A DNA stretch of 64,000 nt from Macrostomum lignano (Eukaryota): contig NIVC01003605.1 in the NCBI GenBank assembly GCA_002269645.1, forward strand, positions 1 to 64,000. Reading direction: 5' to 3'. The notes below the pieces were generated by a model. It had not been told where the DNA came from and made no database searches. It saw only the letters and a program-made list of their open reading frames with translations. This document shows, piece after piece, positions 25,685 through 39,611 of the stretch (positions are counted from its first letter, which is position 1; each line of letters starts with the position of its first letter). A program made the position numbers and the translations under genes.

Positions 25685-26560
25685 GATCCCATATCCCTAG
25701 ATCCCATATCCCTAGATCCCATATCCCTAGATCCCATATCCCTAGATCCCATATCCCTAGATCCCATATCCCTAGATCCCATATCCCTAGATCCCATATC
25801 CCTAGATCCCATATCCCTAGATCCCGTATCCCTAGATCCCATATCCCTAGATCCCATATCCCTAGATCCCATATCCCTAGATCCCATATCCCTAGAGTCC
25901 ATATCCCTAGATCCCATATCCCTAGATCCCATATCCATGGAGTCCATATCCCTAGATACCATATCCCTAGATCCCATATCCCTAGAGTCCATATCCCTAG
26001 ATCCCATATCCCTAGATCCCATATCCCTAGATCCCGTATCCCTAGATCCTGCATATCCCTAGATCCCATATCCCTAGATCCCATATCCCTAGATCCCATA
26101 TCCCTAGATCCCATATCCCTAGATCCCATATCCCTAGAGTCCATATCCCTAGATCCCGTATCCCTAGATCCCATATCCCTAGATCCCATATCCCTAGATC
26201 CCATATCCCTAGATCCCATATCCCTAGAGTCCATATCCCTAGATCCCATATCCCTAGAGTCCATATCCCTAGATCCCATATCCCTAGATCCCATATCCCT
26301 AGATCCCGTATCCCTAGATCCCATATCCCTAGATCCCATATCCCTAGATCCCATATCCCTAGATCCGTATCCCTAGATCCCATATCCCTAGATCCCATAT
26401 TCCTAGATCCCATATCCCTAGATCCCATATCCCTAGATCCCATATCCCTAGATCCCATATCCCTAGAGTCCATATCCCTAGATCCCAATCCCTAGATCCC
26501 ATATCCCTAGATCCCTAGATAGATCCCTAGATAGATCCCTAGATAGATCCCTAGATACCA
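25685..26560. repeat. 15-bp minisatellite ATCCCATATCCCTAG
   Basis: About 57 copies. Confidence 0.97.
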
Positions 26561-26640
26561 TATCTCTAGATTCCATAGGTCGTATCCAGATCCCCACTCC
26601 CAGATCTGCAGCACTTACCAGTAAACCCCAACCTCCCCAG

Positions 26641-26940
26641 GTGATGCACGATGAGGTGTCAGAAACGGAGAACATCCGCAAGAATTTGGCCATCGAGCGG
26701 CTCATAGTGGAAGGCTGCGAGATCCTGCTTGACGTGAACCAGATTTTCGTGCGCCAGGGCTCGCTGGTGCAGATCATGGGCAGCGACAAGCCGAAGAACT
26801 CACGCGTGAGGCTGGGCTCCTTCAGCAGCACCTTCAGCAACAAGGACTCCAAGAAGGAGGCGGTGAGGCAGGTGTTCCTCTTTACAAATCACCTCATCCT
26901 GACTACCAGAGCCTCCAATGGTCGCCTGCACCTGGTCAAG
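26641..26940 (+). CDS. RASGRF: RasGRF exon 7 (DH end, PH2)
   Basis: [19 protein letters not shown]...EGCEILLD...FVRQGSL is nearly identical to RasGRF1 as recalled; canonical splice sites. Confidence 0.96.
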
Positions 26941-27029
26941 GTAATTTTCTGAGCGGAGCACTCTAGTAGTACGCGTGTACTTTTGTTGGAAATCCTACCA
27001 GCATTTCTACCAAATTCTTCCCGTTGCAG

Positions 27030-27108
27030 AATTATGGAAAATTGTCTCTGGCCGACTGCACCTTGTCGGAGGATGGCTCATCTGACTACTACTATGTTGA
27101 TGATGACG
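27030..27108 (+). CDS. RASGRF: RasGRF exon 8
   Basis: ttgcag|NYGKLSLADCTLSEDGSSDYYYVDDD|gtgagg; phase 0-1. Confidence 0.88.
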
Positions 27109-27127
27109 GTGAGGCAGAGTATCAAAT

Positions 27128-27945
27128 ATCCCATTTCCAGATATCCCATTTCCAGATATCCCATCTCCAGGTATCCCATCTCCAGATATCCCATCTCCAG
27201 GTATCCCATCTCCAGATACCCCATCTCCAGATATCTCATCTCCAGATATCCCATCTCCAGATATCCCATCTCCAGATATCTCATCTCCAGATATCCCATC
27301 TCTAGATACCCCATCTCCAGATATCCCATCTCCAGATATCTCATCTCTAGATACCCCATCTCCAGGTATCCCATCTCCAGATATCCCATCTCTAGATATC
27401 CCATCTCCAGGTATCCCATCTCCAGATACCCCATCTCCAGATATCCCATCTCCAGATATCTCATCTCCAGATATCCCATCTCCAGATATCCCATCTCTAG
27501 ATACCCCATCTCCAGATACCCCATCTCCAGATATCCCATCTCCAGATACCCCATCTCCAGATATCCCATCTCTAGATACCCCATCTCCAGATACCCCATC
27601 TCTAGATATCCCATCTCTAGATACCCCATCTCCAGATATCCCATCTCTAGATACCCCATCTCCAGATATCCCATATCCAGATACCCCATCTCTAGATATC
27701 CCATCTCTAGATACCCCATCTCCAGATATCCCATCTCTAGATACCCCATCTCCAGATACCCCATCTCCAGATATCACATCTCCAGATACCCCATCTCTAA
27801 ATACCCCATCTCTAAATATCCAATCTGCAAATATCCCATTTCTAGATATCCCATCTCTAAATACCCCATCTCTAAATATCCAATCTGCAACTATCCCATC
27901 TCTAGATGTCCCATTTCTAAATATCCAATCTGCAAATATCCTCAC
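27128..27945. repeat. 15-bp minisatellite ATATCCCATCTC(C/T)AG
   Basis: About 54 copies filling RasGRF intron 8. Confidence 0.97.
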
Positions 27946-27951
27946 TCGCAG

Positions 27952-28142
27952 ATCCCAACATACAGACCAACCTGCTGAGCATTGAGCCGCAGCAGCCAAA
28001 GGACAGCCGGAACGCCCAGCCAGACTTCAACGGGCTGGACTTCCGGCTCATCCTTCACACGAAATCGGGACCGCCGGTGACCATCACCCTGGTGGCCAAC
28101 TCGGTACAGGAGAAGGCCGCCTGGTGTTCCGACATTAATCAG
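27952..28142 (+). CDS. RASGRF: RasGRF exon 9 (end of PH2)
   Basis: LDFRLILH...TITLVANSVQEKAAWCSDINQ; phase 1-0. Confidence 0.93.
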
Positions 28143-28279
28143 GTTGGTTGGCTGCTTTTGGGTTGGATGCATTTATACTACTTATTTATACGCTGATGGT
28201 CAGTAGCATCATTCTCACAAAAAGATTTTTCATTTGAAGTCGTTTAGCTATATTTTTTAAACTCAATAAACCTAGCACT

Positions 28280-28982
28280 CCTGACATCCGTGTCTAACAC
28301 TTCCGACATCCGTGTCTAACACTTCTCAAATCCGTGTCTAACACTTCTCAACTCGGTATCTAACACTCCTGACATCCGTGCCGAGCATTTCTGACATCCG
28401 TGTCTAAAACTCCTGACATCCGTGTCTAGCACTTCTTACATCCGTGTTTAACACTTCTCAAATCCGTATCTAATAGTTCTTACATCCGTGTCTAACACTT
28501 CTCACATACGTGTCTAACACTTCTCAAATCCGTGTCTAACACTTCTCACATCCGTGTCTAACACTTCTCACATCCGTGTCTAACACTTCTCACATCCGTG
28601 TCTAACACTTCTCAAATCCGTATCTAATAGTTCTTACATCCGTGTCTAACACTTCTCACATACGTGTCTAACACTTCTCAAATCCGTGTCTAACACTTCT
28701 CACATCCGTGTCTAACACTTCTCACATCCGTGTCTAACACTTCTCACATCCGTGTCTAACACTTCTCAAATCTGTGTCTAACATTTCTTAAATCCGTGTC
28801 TAACACTTCTCACATACGTGTCTAACACGTCTCAAATCCGTGTCTAACACTTCTCACATACGTGTCTAACACTTCTTACATCCGTGTCTAACACTTCTTA
28901 AATCCGTGTCTAACACTTCTCAAATCCGTATCTAATAGTTCTTACATCCGTGTCTAACACTTCTTACATCCGTGCCTAACAG
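28280..28982. repeat. 22-bp minisatellite ACATCCGTGTCTAACACTTCTC
   Basis: Read directly. Confidence 0.96.
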
Positions 28983-29088
28983 TTTTTTACCATGTCTACC
29001 AGTCTAATGGCCATTAAAATACTTAAAACAGAAGTACAACCATATCTAGTAATGCTAATCACACCCGAATTTCAACCCGAATATCCAG

Positions 29089-29171
29089 TGCATCGAGCAG
29101 ATTCACTACAGCGACCTGCTGAACAGCACCTTGGCAGAGACCAGCTCCGTGTCCATGCCGCACACCATCAG
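29089..29171 (+). CDS. RASGRF: RasGRF exon 10
   Basis: atccag|CIEQIHYSDLLNSTLAETSSVSMPHTI|gtgagg; phase 0-2. Confidence 0.9.
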
Positions 29172-29611
29172 GTGAGGCTGGGAAAAATCGTCTCAAGTGC
29201 CGTCAGAACTGCTGATAACTACTGACAATTTTTCAAAAATACCACCATAGTTAGTAACGCTTTATGCAGACTTATTACTGTGCATTATCCAAAGTAGATA
29301 GCAACTGAGGCACCGCCCGAGTCCCAGACTCAAACTGTCCCGCTTTCATTTATTTTTGCCATTGCGCGCGCGGATTTTAGCAGTCACGGCCTGGTTGTTT
29401 GCTACAATAGCAAGCTGTTAAAGTGAGTCGGTTTGAGTTCGGCTGGCTGGATAGAGACTTTATTTTGACGGTGGTCTTTTCATTTTTCAAACAAGGCTAG
29501 GCCTTGAGCTATATATATATTTACATATATTATTAGTAGTTCATTGGGGCCTGCATGTCAGTGGCATTTCGAATCTGCATGCACTTTTAATTCCACTGGT
29601 GCACATCTGAG

Positions 29612-30475
<864 letters not shown>

Positions 30476-30715
30476 CAGACAGCAGGCAGGAGACAAAGTC
30501 GTTTTTTCTTTGAAATTTGTTTTTTTGCTTTGACTCTGGCGATATAAACGTTTTCGTTAATATTTTCAGTCTCGTAGAAATCCTAATTTTACACAATACT
30601 CGTAGCACATTGCTGTTTTGATAATTTAGCTCATTTGCACAGAATTTGCTCATCTTTTAGATGTAGAATTTCGATCACTTAAGAATTGATAATTTTCACC
30701 CAACCTGCTTGCCAG

Positions 30716-30791
30716 ATCGGACCCCAAGCTCTTCAGAGACGATGTCGACATCAAATTCAGTCGAACTCTCAACTCCTGCAAAGTTCCGCAG
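30716..30791 (+). CDS. RASGRF: RasGRF exon 11
   Basis: [25 protein letters not shown], compare RasGRF1 DDVDIRFSKTMNSCKVLQ. Confidence 0.93.
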
Positions 30792-30890
30792 GTGCGCCCG
30801 TCACTCGTTTCGAATGCTGCACTTTCTACTAGCCAGTAAGTAGTGCAATGCGAACGTGAACTTCAAGCAAAGTTTATCTTGAATCAACAG

Positions 30891-31087
30891 ATCCGACACG
30901 CCACAGTCGACCGACTCTTGGACCGCCTCACCGATTTGAGATTTCTGTCAATCGACTTTCTGAACACGTTTCTACTGACCTACCGCATATTCACAACACC
31001 GAAGACGGTCATAACGGCCCTGAAACGAATTCTGAACAACCCGGAAAGCGGAAATCTGGACCCGAGACCCAGCATCAGCATTCAGAG
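30891..31087 (+). CDS. RASGRF: RasGRF exon 12 (REM, first half)
   Basis: [36 protein letters not shown]; phase 0-2. Confidence 0.95.
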
Positions 31088-31239
31088 GTTGGTGCTGGCC
31101 ACCGTATTATTGTATCGGCTGTTTATTACCTATGTTATCATTTTCGCTCTGATTTCTTATTTCATCCTTCTCAAATCTTATCCATCCTCAAACTCATACC
31201 GTCTGAAGTTTTATTATCATATCCAAATTCACACTAATA

Positions 31240-31490
31240 GCCGATCCCATCTCCAATCTCACCTCCATCTCCAATCTCACCCTCATCTTCAATCTCACCT
31301 CCATCTCCAATCCAATCTCACCCTCATCTCCAATCTCACCCTCATCTCCAATCTCACCTCCATCTCCAATTTCACACCATCTAAAAAAGCAATTTCACCC
31401 TTATCTCCAATCTCACCCTCATCTCCGATTTCACCCTTATCTTCAATTCACACCATAAAAACAATCTCACTCAGTCTCCAATCTCATGCA
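31240..31490. repeat. 18-bp degenerate minisatellite CTCCAATCTCACCCTCAT
   Basis: Read directly. Confidence 0.9.
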
Positions 31491-31504
31491 TTGTTTTCGT
31501 GAAG

Positions 31505-32360
31505 CTCCACCGAGTCGGATCAGAACGCCATCAGCGGAGGCGGGGATGGCGGCGGCAAGACAGCGGGAGGCGGCAGTGGCGGCGGCAGCGGCGGCGGAGG
31601 AGGCGGCGGCGGCGGCGGCGGCGGTTTCCTGCACGTGAAGCCGCAGCTGGACAAGGCCAGGCGCATCAGCACCGGCATGATGCGGCTCGAGGTGGCCACG
31701 GAGGCGGCGGCCGGCGGACCGAGGACGCGAGCGTCCGGCGGTCATCCGAGCCCGACTGCGAAATTCAGCTCCTCGACTTCGAAAGCTTCGTCCACGGCGA
31801 TGACGGCAGCTGTGACATCGGCCGCGGCAGCGACCGTAGCCTCCGCCAGTCGACAGCAACAGCCGGGCGGTCAAGCAGCAGCCGTGGTGGCAGCCGCCAC
31901 GGTGCCGCAGCATCGTACGGGCAGTCTGGACGCCGGCGCCTGCGTCCGCCTCGCCAACCAGCGTCCCGGCGGCTCGACCGTCAACTACGACGATCCGGCT
32001 TCGATGGCGGCGGCCGCGGCGGCGGCTGCCTCTGCCGCTGCTGCAGCCAAGCGAACGGCCGCCGTGGCCGCAGCTGCCGATGCCGTCGCTGGCGGAGTCA
32101 GCGGCGACTCGCCGGAGATTCTCTGCGAGCTGTCGGAGATCAGCGAGCGGCGCAAGGAAATGATGGAAGCTGCAGCCGCTGCTGCGGCGGCCGCGGCTGC
32201 AGAAGAAGATAAGGAGGCGTCGGGCGGAGGCAGCAGCGACAGCCGCGCGCCAATCGCCAGCTGCGAGACTGTGCAGGACGCGAACAGCAGCAGCGACGAC
32301 AGCGACAGTGAAACAGCGTCGGCTGTGGCGGCCAGCCGAGAAAAACTCATCGCCAAGAAG
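31505..32360 (+). CDS. RASGRF: RasGRF exon 13 (Gly/Ala/Ser low-complexity insert)
   Basis: gtgaag| acceptor and AAG|gtgaat donor; 856 nt open, phase 2-0 fits both neighbours. Confidence 0.82.
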
Positions 32361-32744
32361 GTGAATCTTGACAAGTTTGCTGCATTTGCATAAATCAGTT
32401 TGAGTACCAAAAATAGACAAGACTGACAAATGCTCGAGTGTACTGTGACGTCGACAGGTGCGCCTAGAGTTGAGATCCGGGATGCTGTGTCTGAGTTCTT
32501 GCTCTTTGTTGGCTGGAGAGCACACAAACGCTCGATGCTCTTAGCTAGAAATTAACAGGCGAGTTTTGCCATTAGGCCATCGGATTTGTTGCTTTTGGCA
32601 AGATAGTGTAGCAAGTATAGCATGTAGCATTTAGTAAGTGGGGGTCATCTTGTCTTTTAGTACAGTAGAATAGATATGTTTCGCCTTTATATAAATTGCA
32701 TCTTTTTCTGTCGCTTCTCTAGTTTTTGATCAAAAAATTCACAG

Positions 32745-33273
32745 GTGCGCATCGCCGGTGTCACTGAGTCCGAAGTTCGCGACTCGAGCCCGCCGCTGCT
32801 GACTACCGACCGGCCCAGCATCCTGCATCAACAGCAACCGACGCCGCAGCCGTCGCAATCGCAGCAGCAGCCTCCTTCGTCGCCGAAGCCGCAGACCCGT
32901 CCGACCCGGTTCGACGCGCCGTCCATGTTCATCCCGGGCTGCAACCTGCTGGACCACCGCTCACTGTCTCCGGGCAGCTCGCCGCAGCCGGCTCGTGCCG
33001 CGGCTGCCACGGCGGCGAGACTCACCGCTGGCAGTCCGCTGCCCTCGCACGGTCGACGAGCTGCGTCTCCAATCCGACCGGCGGCGCAGCAGCAGCAGCA
33101 GCAGCAGCAGCAGCCGGACTCGCCGTTGTCGCACAGCGCGAGCTCGCCAACCATCGGGCAGCTGCCGGCCGGCGCTCAGTTCGGCGGACCCAGCGGTGGT
33201 GCCGCGGCCGGCGCTGCTGGCGGTGCTGGCTATCAGAGTCAGGCCAGCTGGCCGAGGGGCTCCGTTGTGTCAT
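32745..33273 (+). CDS. RASGRF: RasGRF exon 14 (Pro/Gln/Ser low complexity)
   Basis: tcacag| acceptor and T|gtgagc donor; open frame, phase 0-1. Confidence 0.82.
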
Positions 33274-33429
33274 GTGAGCTGGAGTATTGCTGACAGTCTT
33301 TCGCTTACCCATTCCAACATGCTATGGCAGACACACAATACGAACGTATTAAGAATAATTGGCATTGTATACAGCTTTCACCCAGTCACAGTATAAATTT
33401 GTTTTGGCCACTGTAAATTGTTTTAATTC

Positions 33430-34935
33430 CAGCGGCGTCGCCACCGGGGGACAGAGTGGGACATGTCCCCCCCAGTAAAATCTATGGGGGGACATTCCAA
33501 TGCTTTGTTCCCCCTACCCCACCTTGTGACCCGTTATGGAAATCAATAATTTTGCTTGAGGGCGACAAAATATAGCGCCTGCAGCACTATAATGAGTGTC
33601 TGCGGCGCTAAAATGAGTGCCTGCGGCGCTAAAATGAGTGCCTGTGGCGCTAAAATGAGTGTCTGCGGCGCTAAAATGAGTGCCTGCGGCGCTAAAATAA
33701 GTACCTGCGGCGCTAAAATGAGTGCTTGCGGCGCTGAAATGAGTGTCTGCGGCGCTAAAATGAGTGTCTGCGGCGCTGAAATGAGTGTCTGCGGCGCTGA
33801 AATGAGTGTCTGCGGCGCTAGAATGAGTGCCTGCGGCGCTGAAATGAGTGTCTGCGGCGCTGAAATGAGTGTCTGCGGCGCTGAAATGAGTACCTGCGGC
33901 GCTAAAATGAGTGCTTGCGGCGCTGAAATGAGTGTCTGCGGCGCTAAAATGAGTGTCTGCGGCGCTGAAATGAGTGTCTGCGGCGCTGAAATGAGTGTCT
34001 GCGGCGCTAGAATGAGTGCCTGCGGCGCTAAAATGAGTGCCTGTGGCGCTAAAATGAGTGTCTGCGGCGCTAAAATGAGTGCCTGCGGCGCTAAAATGAG
34101 TGCCTGCGGCGCTAAAATGAGTGTCTGTGGCGCTAAATGAGTGCTGCGGCGCTAAAATGAGTGCCTGCGGCGCTAAAATGAGTGCCTGCGGCGCTAAAAT
34201 GAGTGCCTGCGGCGCTAAAATGAGTGTCTGCGGCGCTAAAATGAGTGTCTGCGGCGCTAAAATGAGTGTCTGCGGCGCTGAAATGAGTGTCTGCGGCGCT
34301 GAAATGAGTGTCTGCGGCGCTAGAATGAGTGTCTGCGGCGCTAAATGAGTGCCTGCGGCGCTAAATGAGTGTCTGCGGCGCTAAAATGAGTACCTGCGGC
34401 GCTAAAATGAGTGCTTGCGGCGCTGAAATGAGTGTCTGCGGCGCTAAAATGAGTGTCTGCGGCGCTGAAATGAGTGTCTGCGGCGCTGAAATGAGTGTCT
34501 GCGGCGCTGAAATGAGTGTCTGCGGCGCTAGAATGAGTGTCTGCGGCGCTAAAATGAGTGTCTGCGGCGCTAAAATGAGTGCCTGCTGCGATAAAATGAG
34601 TGCCTGCGGCGCTAAAATGAGTGCCTGCGGCGCTAGAATGAGTGCTTGCGGCGCTAAAATGAGTGCCTGCGGCGCTAAAATGAGTGCTTGCGGCGCTAAA
34701 ATGAGTGCCTGCGGCGCTAGAATGAGTGCTTGCGGCGCTAAAATGAGTGCCTGCGGCGCTAGAATGAGTGCTTGCGGCGCTAAAATGAGTGCCTGCGGCG
34801 CTAAAATGAGTGCCTGCGGCGCTAAAATGAGCGTTGACAACACCGATTCTGAAAATAATGCACATGTAGGGATTTAGTCATGTACACGTACATGTAGAAT
34901 TCTTGGCTTTGTCCCCCTCACGATAAAATCCCCTG
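33430..34935 (-). mobile_element. MITE-like family copy 3 (inverted, about 59 x 21-bp units)
   Basis: Both unique arms match copy 2 in reverse; flanks tttaattc / tatatttc (6 of 8) may be a decayed 8-bp TSD. Confidence 0.7.
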
Positions 34936-35120
34936 TATATTTCCTAGAAACTAGACACTAGTGATATTCTAGTGTAAATGCTACAGAAGATATTGTTTCT
35001 CTCACTTGCTTCTAAAGTACTTTTGAATGAGTTCTTGGAAACTTGACTTTAAAAAAGGTCTCTATAAAGAAGTGATCAATAGCTAACCAAGTGGGGCTCG
35101 GCCTCCTAAAAAACCCGCAG

Positions 35121-35277
35121 GGTCCGGCATCAAGCGGCCATCGTACGCGTCCGAGTCGGGCGACCTGCCCGGCCAGCACTCGCGCAGCAGCATCGCCACC
35201 CGGTCTGACGTGGACTCACCGCCGTGCCGCGCCAGAGCCGGCGCCGTCGTCACATCGTCGAGGGCGTCGAAGAGGCG
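35121..35277 (+). CDS. RASGRF: RasGRF exon 15
   Basis: cgcag|SGIKRPSYASESG...AGAVVTSSRASKR|gtgagt; phase 1-2. Confidence 0.85.
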
Positions 35278-35846
35278 GTGAGTGACCGGGCCTCAGTACA
35301 CAGCTGCATGAGTATGTCCCTGTGTGAAAGACTGCCTACGTATCCGCGCTTGTGTGCCTGCTCAGGGAGTCAGCGGAATCAGCAGTAATGCCTCTCGGGT
35401 TGTGTGACAATGTCGTTTAAAGTGCGCCAGGGTGCACAGAGCATGTACACAGTAAAGTTCATTTTTTACGAAAATTACAAATGTAGAGCCAATCTCTAAT
35501 TTACACTCCAATGTGCAGATTTATTAATGCTCCCGCATATACGGTTTTTCCCTATTCGAGATACTCGGCTCCAGTACCCATAGGTGTAAACCTTAAATAT
35601 TTGTGAACTTACGAACTATATTTAAAAAGAAGTTTAAATACTGTTATAATTAGAGAACTTAATTGCAACAATAACTTTGACGTTGAGCTCGAATATTAAA
35701 GGATAAATTTTCTAATTACAGAGTATATAAATAGCGCCATGCACCTACAGACTAAAAATGGTGACAGATGAACGGCCCGAACCCAAATTTATCTGACGCT
35801 ACTCCTCAACAGCTCGCATTTGAAATCACTCTCTCGGCTTAAACAG

Positions 35847-36404
35847 CTCTAGCAACACCGCCGCAGCGCTCGCCTTCGCCGCTGCCACGGCCGGAGCTTC
35901 AAACTCGCCAAAGATCAGCGCCAGCGAGCGCCAGGGCCGGGCCACCGTCGCCAGCACGTCCGCCGCCGCAACAGCCGCAGCTGCCGCTGCCGCCGCGGCC
36001 GCTGCAGCCGCCAACTGCGGGCCGATCTCTGGAGGCATTCTGGACAAACGGCTCAGCATTATTTGCACCGCTGCCACCATGCGCGTGCTGAACGTTGTCC
36101 GGCACTGGGTATACAAGTTCGGCGAGGATATTGAATCCGACGCTTCACTGCGCAGCGACATGATCGACCTGCTGGAGGAGCTGGTCTGCAACCAGAGCCT
36201 CTTCCCGCCAGATCACAAGGCCGCACTGCAGATTCTGCTTCGCCTCAGGGACAACTCTCTGTCGGAGCCCAAGCCCGATCTTGAGGCGCTGCTCACCCCA
36301 AAATCCGTGCCGTCGGCTGAGTGCTTTGACACGCTGTCCGCACTGGACATCGCCGAGCAGATCACCTACATCGATCATCAGATATTCAGAGCGATACAGA
36401 GCAC
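35847..36404 (+). CDS. RASGRF: RasGRF exon 16 (REM second half, start of CDC25)
   Basis: TAATMRVLNVVRHWVYKF...LSALDIAEQITYIDHQIFRAI; phase 2-2. Confidence 0.95.
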
Positions 36405-37033
36405 GTGAGTCATCTTTGAGGCTTTCCTTTGATACGTATTTGTTTCTCATGCTTAAGTAACGATAAAATAGATAAAAATGTCACAAAGCTGTGAAGCCTG
36501 AATAGTCATCTGGTAGCATCCAGTATCCACTACCGTGTGGACAAGAAACTATAAACAGACAGAACTGAATCTGGGCCTGAGAAAGATCAGAGCCTGCCGG
36601 TTGTGACTCCTGCTTAAAAGGACTGGCACTGCTCTCAGTTCGTGAATTGGACTTGTCATTCACATCCAAGTACACTCATCAGAGCTGAAAATTACCATCT
36701 TAAACTTACTCAGCTCGTGATGCACCTGAGGGAATAGTTGACCGTTCAAATGAAGTAAGCTAAGGCCACCTGTTCCCACAATTTAAGGCCATTTCACATT
36801 ATCGCTGGTAGTTCTACGGGTCGAAGATTGTCCAAATTAGTTCACTTTCGGTTCAGACCCTGTATTATAATTAATTTGAGCAATATTTAACCCACAGAGT
36901 CTTTCTAGTATTTTTTTCTGAGAGAACTGTTACTAGTGGCGCAGAAACACCAAAATATTTTTGGACACATACAACATTTCGCAATATAAGCTCGAGCATG
37001 ACCCATGCAATTTAATAAACTCAACCTCTGCAG

Positions 37034-37396
37034 TGAATTCCTCATGCAAGCCTGGATGAAACGCGACCGAAACGACAAAGCGACTCACGTGCACCTGGTC
37101 AGCAAGCGCTTTAACGAAGTAAGCAGCCTGGTTATCTCCGAGATCGTGTCTCGCACCGATATGTCTGATCGAGTTGCTTGCATGGAAAAGTGGGCGGCCA
37201 TTGCCGACATCTGCCGCTGCCTGCACAACTACAACGGCGTGCTGCAGATCTGCGCCGCCTTCGTCAATTCTGCCGTCTTCCGGCTGAAGAAAACCTGGGA
37301 GCGCCTGTCGAAATCGACGCGTCAGATGATTGAGAAACTGCAGACTCTGGTCTCGTCTGACGGCAAGTTCAAGAACATGCGGTCCGCCTTGCACAC
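37034..37396 (+). CDS. RASGRF: RasGRF exon 17 (CDC25/RasGEF)
   Basis: RFNEVSSLVISEI...KWAAIADICRCLHNYNGVLQICAAFVNSAVFRLKKTW. Confidence 0.96.
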
Positions 37397-39611
37397 GTGA
37401 GTTCTCTGAGTGCCGAGCTGCCGATATCTATTCTATTAGGCTGCTACGATTAGGTAATGACTAATTAAATGATTTGGGATGCTGTGATAAGTGCGCACCA
37501 GGACAAGCGCGCGATCTTGAGCAGGGTCTGGTAAGGGTTGTAGGGCCCGACGGACACGAAAGCAAAATTGTCTCGAGTATGACATCCGGAATTGAAATTT
37601 GATGTCTAACGGACACTTGAGGCTTGTTCGCGCCGATGTAAACTGCAAGGCTGATGCATGAGGGTCGTAAATGAAGCTTTAGGCTCATATTTTTCAAGAA
37701 TAAATTTCACTTATTCAGGGTAAGCGCAAGGGCAGATAATCAGAATGAAGATGAGGTAGAGAAGAGATCTCTAGAGACTGATGTATACTGACCAATTTTT
37801 GTTAATTTTTAATTGTTAATTGTTAATTGTTAATTGTTAATTGTTACATACATACAATAATCCTTGCAATATGTCCGGGAAAGTGATCGATTAAATCCCG
37901 CAAAATAAAATCCATGTCAATATCCTCCCTGAAAGTGAGCTTTAAAGTGGTTTAATAGTTACTATTTTTTCCATTCACAAAATAATGAGTTTTGGCCATA
38001 GACAATTCCTTAGATTTCATTCATTCTCTCTTTCTCTGGAGTGGTGGTGTGCAAACGTACTAATCGCCCCCTTGACCCCACTGTCTTCTGACTTTACCAT
38101 AGACGTTTTCAGCGGGCCGTGAAACTAACTGAATGAATTGAATTAAATGGGATTTTACCATAGACAGTCTCTCAGCGGGCCATGAAACGCGATTTCTCGC
38201 CCGCTAACTATAACACTAATATGGATAGGCTGCAGAGGGCAGAAACGGGCTATAACGCCGTAGCAAAGACAATTTTATGACAATCAATATTGGTAGATTA
38301 ACCCGTATTTTGTTAAAAATTGATTGTACGAGCCAGTTTCGTCGTGCGCTGCCATTAATTGGGAGCCGATCTAGAAGTGGGATGTGCCAATAGAGAAAGG
38401 CCAACTCTTTTAGCACTTCTTCAGTGTCTGTTTTTTCTTCATCCCATGATTTAATCAATCTATCGTTTTCAAAACTATCCGAGCGAATTTCTAACACTGC
38501 TCAATCTTTCCTGACTCACTGTATAGGATGAGCGCCGAGCATTTTCAAAGGTAAAAACTGCAGCATAAAAGAAAACTAGAAGAATGCCATTATTGTGCTG
38601 CAGCTTTTCAACTTTGGTTAATAGCTAATTAATAATTAATTAAATGATTTCTACAGTCGCGCGTCACCGCTCCTGCTTCCAGTTGCTGTTGTGACGCATA
38701 GACCTACTTAGCCTCGGAGACAGAACAAGTCATATCGGCCCCGTTAATTTAGACAAAAATATTTGTTCACTGTTTATGGAAATTATGCATGGTATAGTGG
38801 TTTAATAGTGCTTGTTATTATAATTTTTCATAAGCATCATTTCGAGCTGCTTGTGCAAATGTCACCACTATAACAATGTCTTTCAGTTTTTCATTCACAA
38901 AGTTGCGCGGCCTTTTCAGGTTATAAACACAAAGGGCAAATAGTTAGCTAAGCATAATAAAAAACTGCATTTAGCTTCCAACAATGATATTTCCGCATCT
39001 TTGTCGATTTTTCGAATATTATTGTCAAAGTCTTGAAGCTAATACACTTCGTTATGAAATGGACGTCCCATCATCTTCACTAACTACTTGAATAGTGTCT
39101 AGATAGCCAACTTGAATAGGTTACAACCTAAACTGTTCAGCTTTGACAAACTGCTGGATTTGACAGCCTCCAATTCCAACATTCACTGAACTATTGTTGT
39201 GTCACCGACCCCTCACTTATCAATGGGCAGCTTTCAAACATGTAGGGGTGTGCTGAAATGCCTGTCTACCAGCTGCAGTATGATCAGTACGTATATTGTG
39301 AACTTCCAATGAACCGTTCATCCCAGTGACCGCTTTCGTGTGCATTGAAACTTGGTAGAGACGTTTGAAGGACTGCATGTACACATGCAGTGTAAATGCT
39401 AGTATCAGCAGAAACTAATTTGACGTGCGATAAGCGTGATTAAGCCACCTGTCGACTAGTCAAGACCCAGATGGGAAGAGGTGCTAAGTAAAAAGACAAA
39501 ACACTGTAAAACTATATGGAAAGATTACCGATTACTGAGCTGTAACTGTAACTGGTTTTGATTAGATAATATGATGTCACACCAAAAAATCACAAAACCA
39601 CACAATTGCAG

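Noticed and set aside
31467-32527. Long minus-strand ORFs over RasGRF exon 13, and similar shadows over the RIMBP-like and PDZ genes
   Set aside because: They are antisense shadows of GC-rich, low-complexity coding sequence.
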